Shown here piece by piece: positions 61,098-64,000 of a stretch of DNA of 64,000 nt (its first letter is position 1; each line of letters opens with the position of its first letter). The translations under genes were made by a program, and so were the position numbers. The notes under the pieces are model-generated. The model was not told the origin of the DNA. It saw only the letters and a program-made list of their open reading frames with translations, and did no database searches. The stretch covers positions 147,996,001 to 148,060,000 of the forward strand of contig CM059431.1 in the NCBI GenBank assembly GCA_030390025.1. Direction: 5' to 3'. Source of the DNA: Squalus acanthias. Lineage: Eukaryota.

Positions 61098-62340
61098 ATG
61101 ATCGGGATTCTGCTATTCCACATCAGCCTATTCGGCATATGGGACAAACACTATTTTCCCTATAATATGTCGATTGCATTTGCCCTGGAGACACCACCGC
61201 GGGACGCCACTGGATATATTACCCTCCAGTACATCAATGGTGATTGTGAAATCGCGTATTCAGTGACAGTATGGGTTACCACTGGTGAGGTCCAGGATGG
61301 TCGGGAGGGTAGGCATAAACTGCAAAGAACACCCCAACTGGCCAAGGGAGTGGTTCTTACAAGCAGAACCAAGTGACCATTCAAGGTACTATCAGATAGG
61401 GAACCCTCGGGGGAATGGAGGAAGCTCGACCCAATCCCGAGCAGTGGGAGACACTCTGTTATGTTGCCCACAGTGGTGGCAGGAGCATGAGGGAATCTAT
61501 GGATGCATAAATCCTTCGGGGACGCAGAGCCACTTTGTGGAGCTCCCGTCCACTGGATAGGCGGGAAAAGTATCCAAGCGAATGGAACAGATGACAGGGG
61601 TCCCGACCGATGGTTCGTGGACAGGGAGGGAAGACCGTGTAGGGGTTCGAAGGGTTGCTCACATTATCATGTGCAGGAATTTAAAAACGGAATAATACAC
61701 ACGGTGGAATTGAAATCCATCCTAAACTCCCCACCCGCACGAATAGATCACAACCGCGGGAAGAAGAAAAGGAAACCCGGGCTGTCTGTCCCAAACACAC
61801 CCCGGGACCGGCAAATAGGTTAGAGCTAATCCCAACACGGATGATATTGTACCATGATGTGCAACATGAAGTGATACCTGTAATGTTAAATCTGACCGAG
61901 GTGGGACTGCCAAACTGGTGCAAACCAGAAACAGCGCTGTGATATGGGAGAATGATGCGGGAATTAATCGAGGGATTTTGGGAAAGGGCCAACACAACCC
62001 TGGCGGAATCGGAATTAGAGCCGTTATATCGCAAGGACTCAGGGGATGGTAATGGATTTAACAATAACTTTGGGGAAAAGAGTACCGAGATCATTGAAGA
62101 CAATTGTGTTGGTTATGGGGTTACAGGGGACCATTTCAGAACACCACGGCGCCTGATAAATGATGCAGACATTGCTTTTAATACCGGAACCTCCCTCGTT
62201 AATAGCCTTGATTTGGCTCATTTTGATCAATCCGTAAAGGCAGTTAGAAATCGTTTAAGGGAAATTTTGAATAAAATTAATGGTCTGTAACAGGAGGAAT
62301 TAAAGGAGGACCAAATTACGACCATTTATCGACAGGACAT
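61098..62340 (+). pseudogene. Decayed retroelement env / class I fusion-glycoprotein-like frame
   Basis: Hydrophobic N-terminus, Cys and N-glycosylation sequons, in-frame stops and a frameshift, basic site RTPRR followed by LINDADIAFNTGTSLVNSLDL and a heptad-like helix; truncated by an LTR. Confidence 0.55.
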
Positions 62341-62584
62341 TGTGTGGGATGGTAATGGGGTCAGCCCTCGCCTTCTGACTCAGTGAGCGGTTCGACTCGC
62401 TCCCACGCCCCTGTTTCCTAGACTTTGGACTTATTTAGGGGTTGTGAACGAAAATGCACGAGACAACAGGTTCTGCTGCAAGAATTTTGACTCTATTAAA
62501 AGAAAAAGGTAACAAACTTAAAACACACTTAATACTTAAACACAGATTGGGGACCACACGGTACAGGCGAGGGCCAACAACAAC
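62341..62584 (-). mobile_element. Partial LTR, family 1 (U5 end)
   Basis: Reverse-complement match to about 21860-22105; interrupted by a CR1 tail. Confidence 0.85.
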
Positions 62585-64000
62585 ATAAGAACATAAGAAC
62601 ATAAGAAATAGGAGCAGGAGTAGGCCAATCGGCCCCTCGAGCCTGCTCCGCCATTCAATAAGATCATGGCTGATCTGATCCTAACCGCCAATCTACTATC
62701 TATCACAGAACCATCTCCTGCATCTAACAGAATTGCACACACGAAATATGAGCAGAATCAGGCTACACGGTCCCTGGGCACGCTCCACTACCCACAGGGC
62801 CATGACCGATCCGAACCTAGACTCATGTCCAAATTCCTGCCCGCTCCCCGTAACCCTTAATGCCCTTTACTTCTAGGAAACTGTCTATTTCTGTTTTAAA
62901 TTTATTTAATAATGTAGCTTCTACAGCTTTTTGTGGCAGCATATTCCATGGACTTACCACCCTCTGAGTGAAGTAGTTCCTCCTCATCTCAGTTTTGAAA
63001 GAGCAGCCCCTTATTCTAAGACTATGTCCCCTAGTTCTAGTCTCACCCGTCATCGGGAACATCCTCCCCGCATCCACCCGATCCAACCCCTTCACAATCT
63101 TATATGTTTCAATAAGATCGCCTCTCATTCTTCTGAACTCCAATGAGTAGAGTCCCAATCTACCCAACCTCTCCTCATATGACCACCCCCTCATCCCCGG
63201 GATAAACCGAGTGAACCTTTTTTGCACTGCCTCGAGAGCAAGGATGTCTTTCCTTAAGTAAGGACACCAAAACTGTATGCAGTATTCCAGGTGCGGTCTC
63301 ACCAATACCTTGTACAACTGAAGCAATACCTCCCTATTTTTATATTCTATCCCCTTAGCAATGAAAGGCAACATTCCATTTGCCTTCTTAATCACTTGCT
63401 GCACCTGCATACTAACCTTTTGAGTTTCGTGCACCAGGACCCCCAGATCCCTTTGCACTTCAGTACTCTCCAGTTTCTTGCCATTAAGATAATAAATTGC
63501 TCTAGGATTTTTCCTGCCAAAGTGCATCACCTCACACTTTCCAGTGTTGTGTTACATCTGCCAAATCTCTGCCCACTTACTTAGCCTGTCTATGTCCCCT
63601 TGCAGGTTTTTTATGTCCTCCTCACTCACTACTTTCCCTCCCATCTTTGTATCATCTGCAAATTTTGATATGTTACACTTGGTCCCTTCCTCCAAATCGT
63701 TAATATAGATTGTGAAGAGTTGGGGAGCCAGCACTGACCCATGTGGAACACCACTAGTTACTGATTGCCAGTCTGAGAATGAACCATTTATCCCAACTCT
63801 TTGCTTTCTGTTAGATAGCCAATCCTCTATCCATGCCAGAATATTACCCCCAATCCCGTGATTTTTTACCTTAAGCAATAATCTTTTGTGTGGCACCTTG
63901 TCAAATGCCTTTTGGAAGTCTAAATACACTACATCCACTGGTTCCCCTTTATCCACTCTATATGTTACTTCCTCAAAGAACTCCAGCAAATTTGTCAAAC
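62585..64000 (-). mobile_element. Young CR1/HER1 LINE 3' part, running off the window
   Basis: ORFs 63552-63998 and 62823-63530 are in frame, separated by a single TAA; SKFADDTK; (CATAAGAA)n tail. Confidence 0.93.

Overview
Eukaryotic, repeat-dense vertebrate DNA. The retroelement content (HER1/HE1-type CR1 LINE tails, a V-SINE and a DeuSINE, Penelope-type ends) points to an elasmobranch (shark/ray). The only apparently intact host gene is a two-exon class A GPCR of the GPR139/GPR142-like type: exon 1 at 43374-43485, exon 2 at 46812-47713, 337 aa, TATA box at 43282. It lies between two arms of an old inverted duplication (23382-30546 vs 47837-57380) and among scattered paralogous fragments, which suggests a cassette-duplicated receptor cluster. 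The rest is decayed CR1, RTE and L2-like LINEs, SINEs, three Harbinger-like MITEs, two solo LTRs with 4-bp TSDs, a decayed env/fusion-glycoprotein-like frame, and many minisatellites and low-complexity tracts. Main leads: a 106-bp intronic array that multiplies the GPCR exon-1 splice donor, a lokiretrovirus-like env remnant, a covarying U5 hairpin shared by two LTR families, degenerate hammerhead cores, and a duplicated YY1/RFX-motif CpG-rich element. All family assignments come from reading motifs by eye, not from database searches. Repeat boundaries are approximate unless a TSD or splice site is given.
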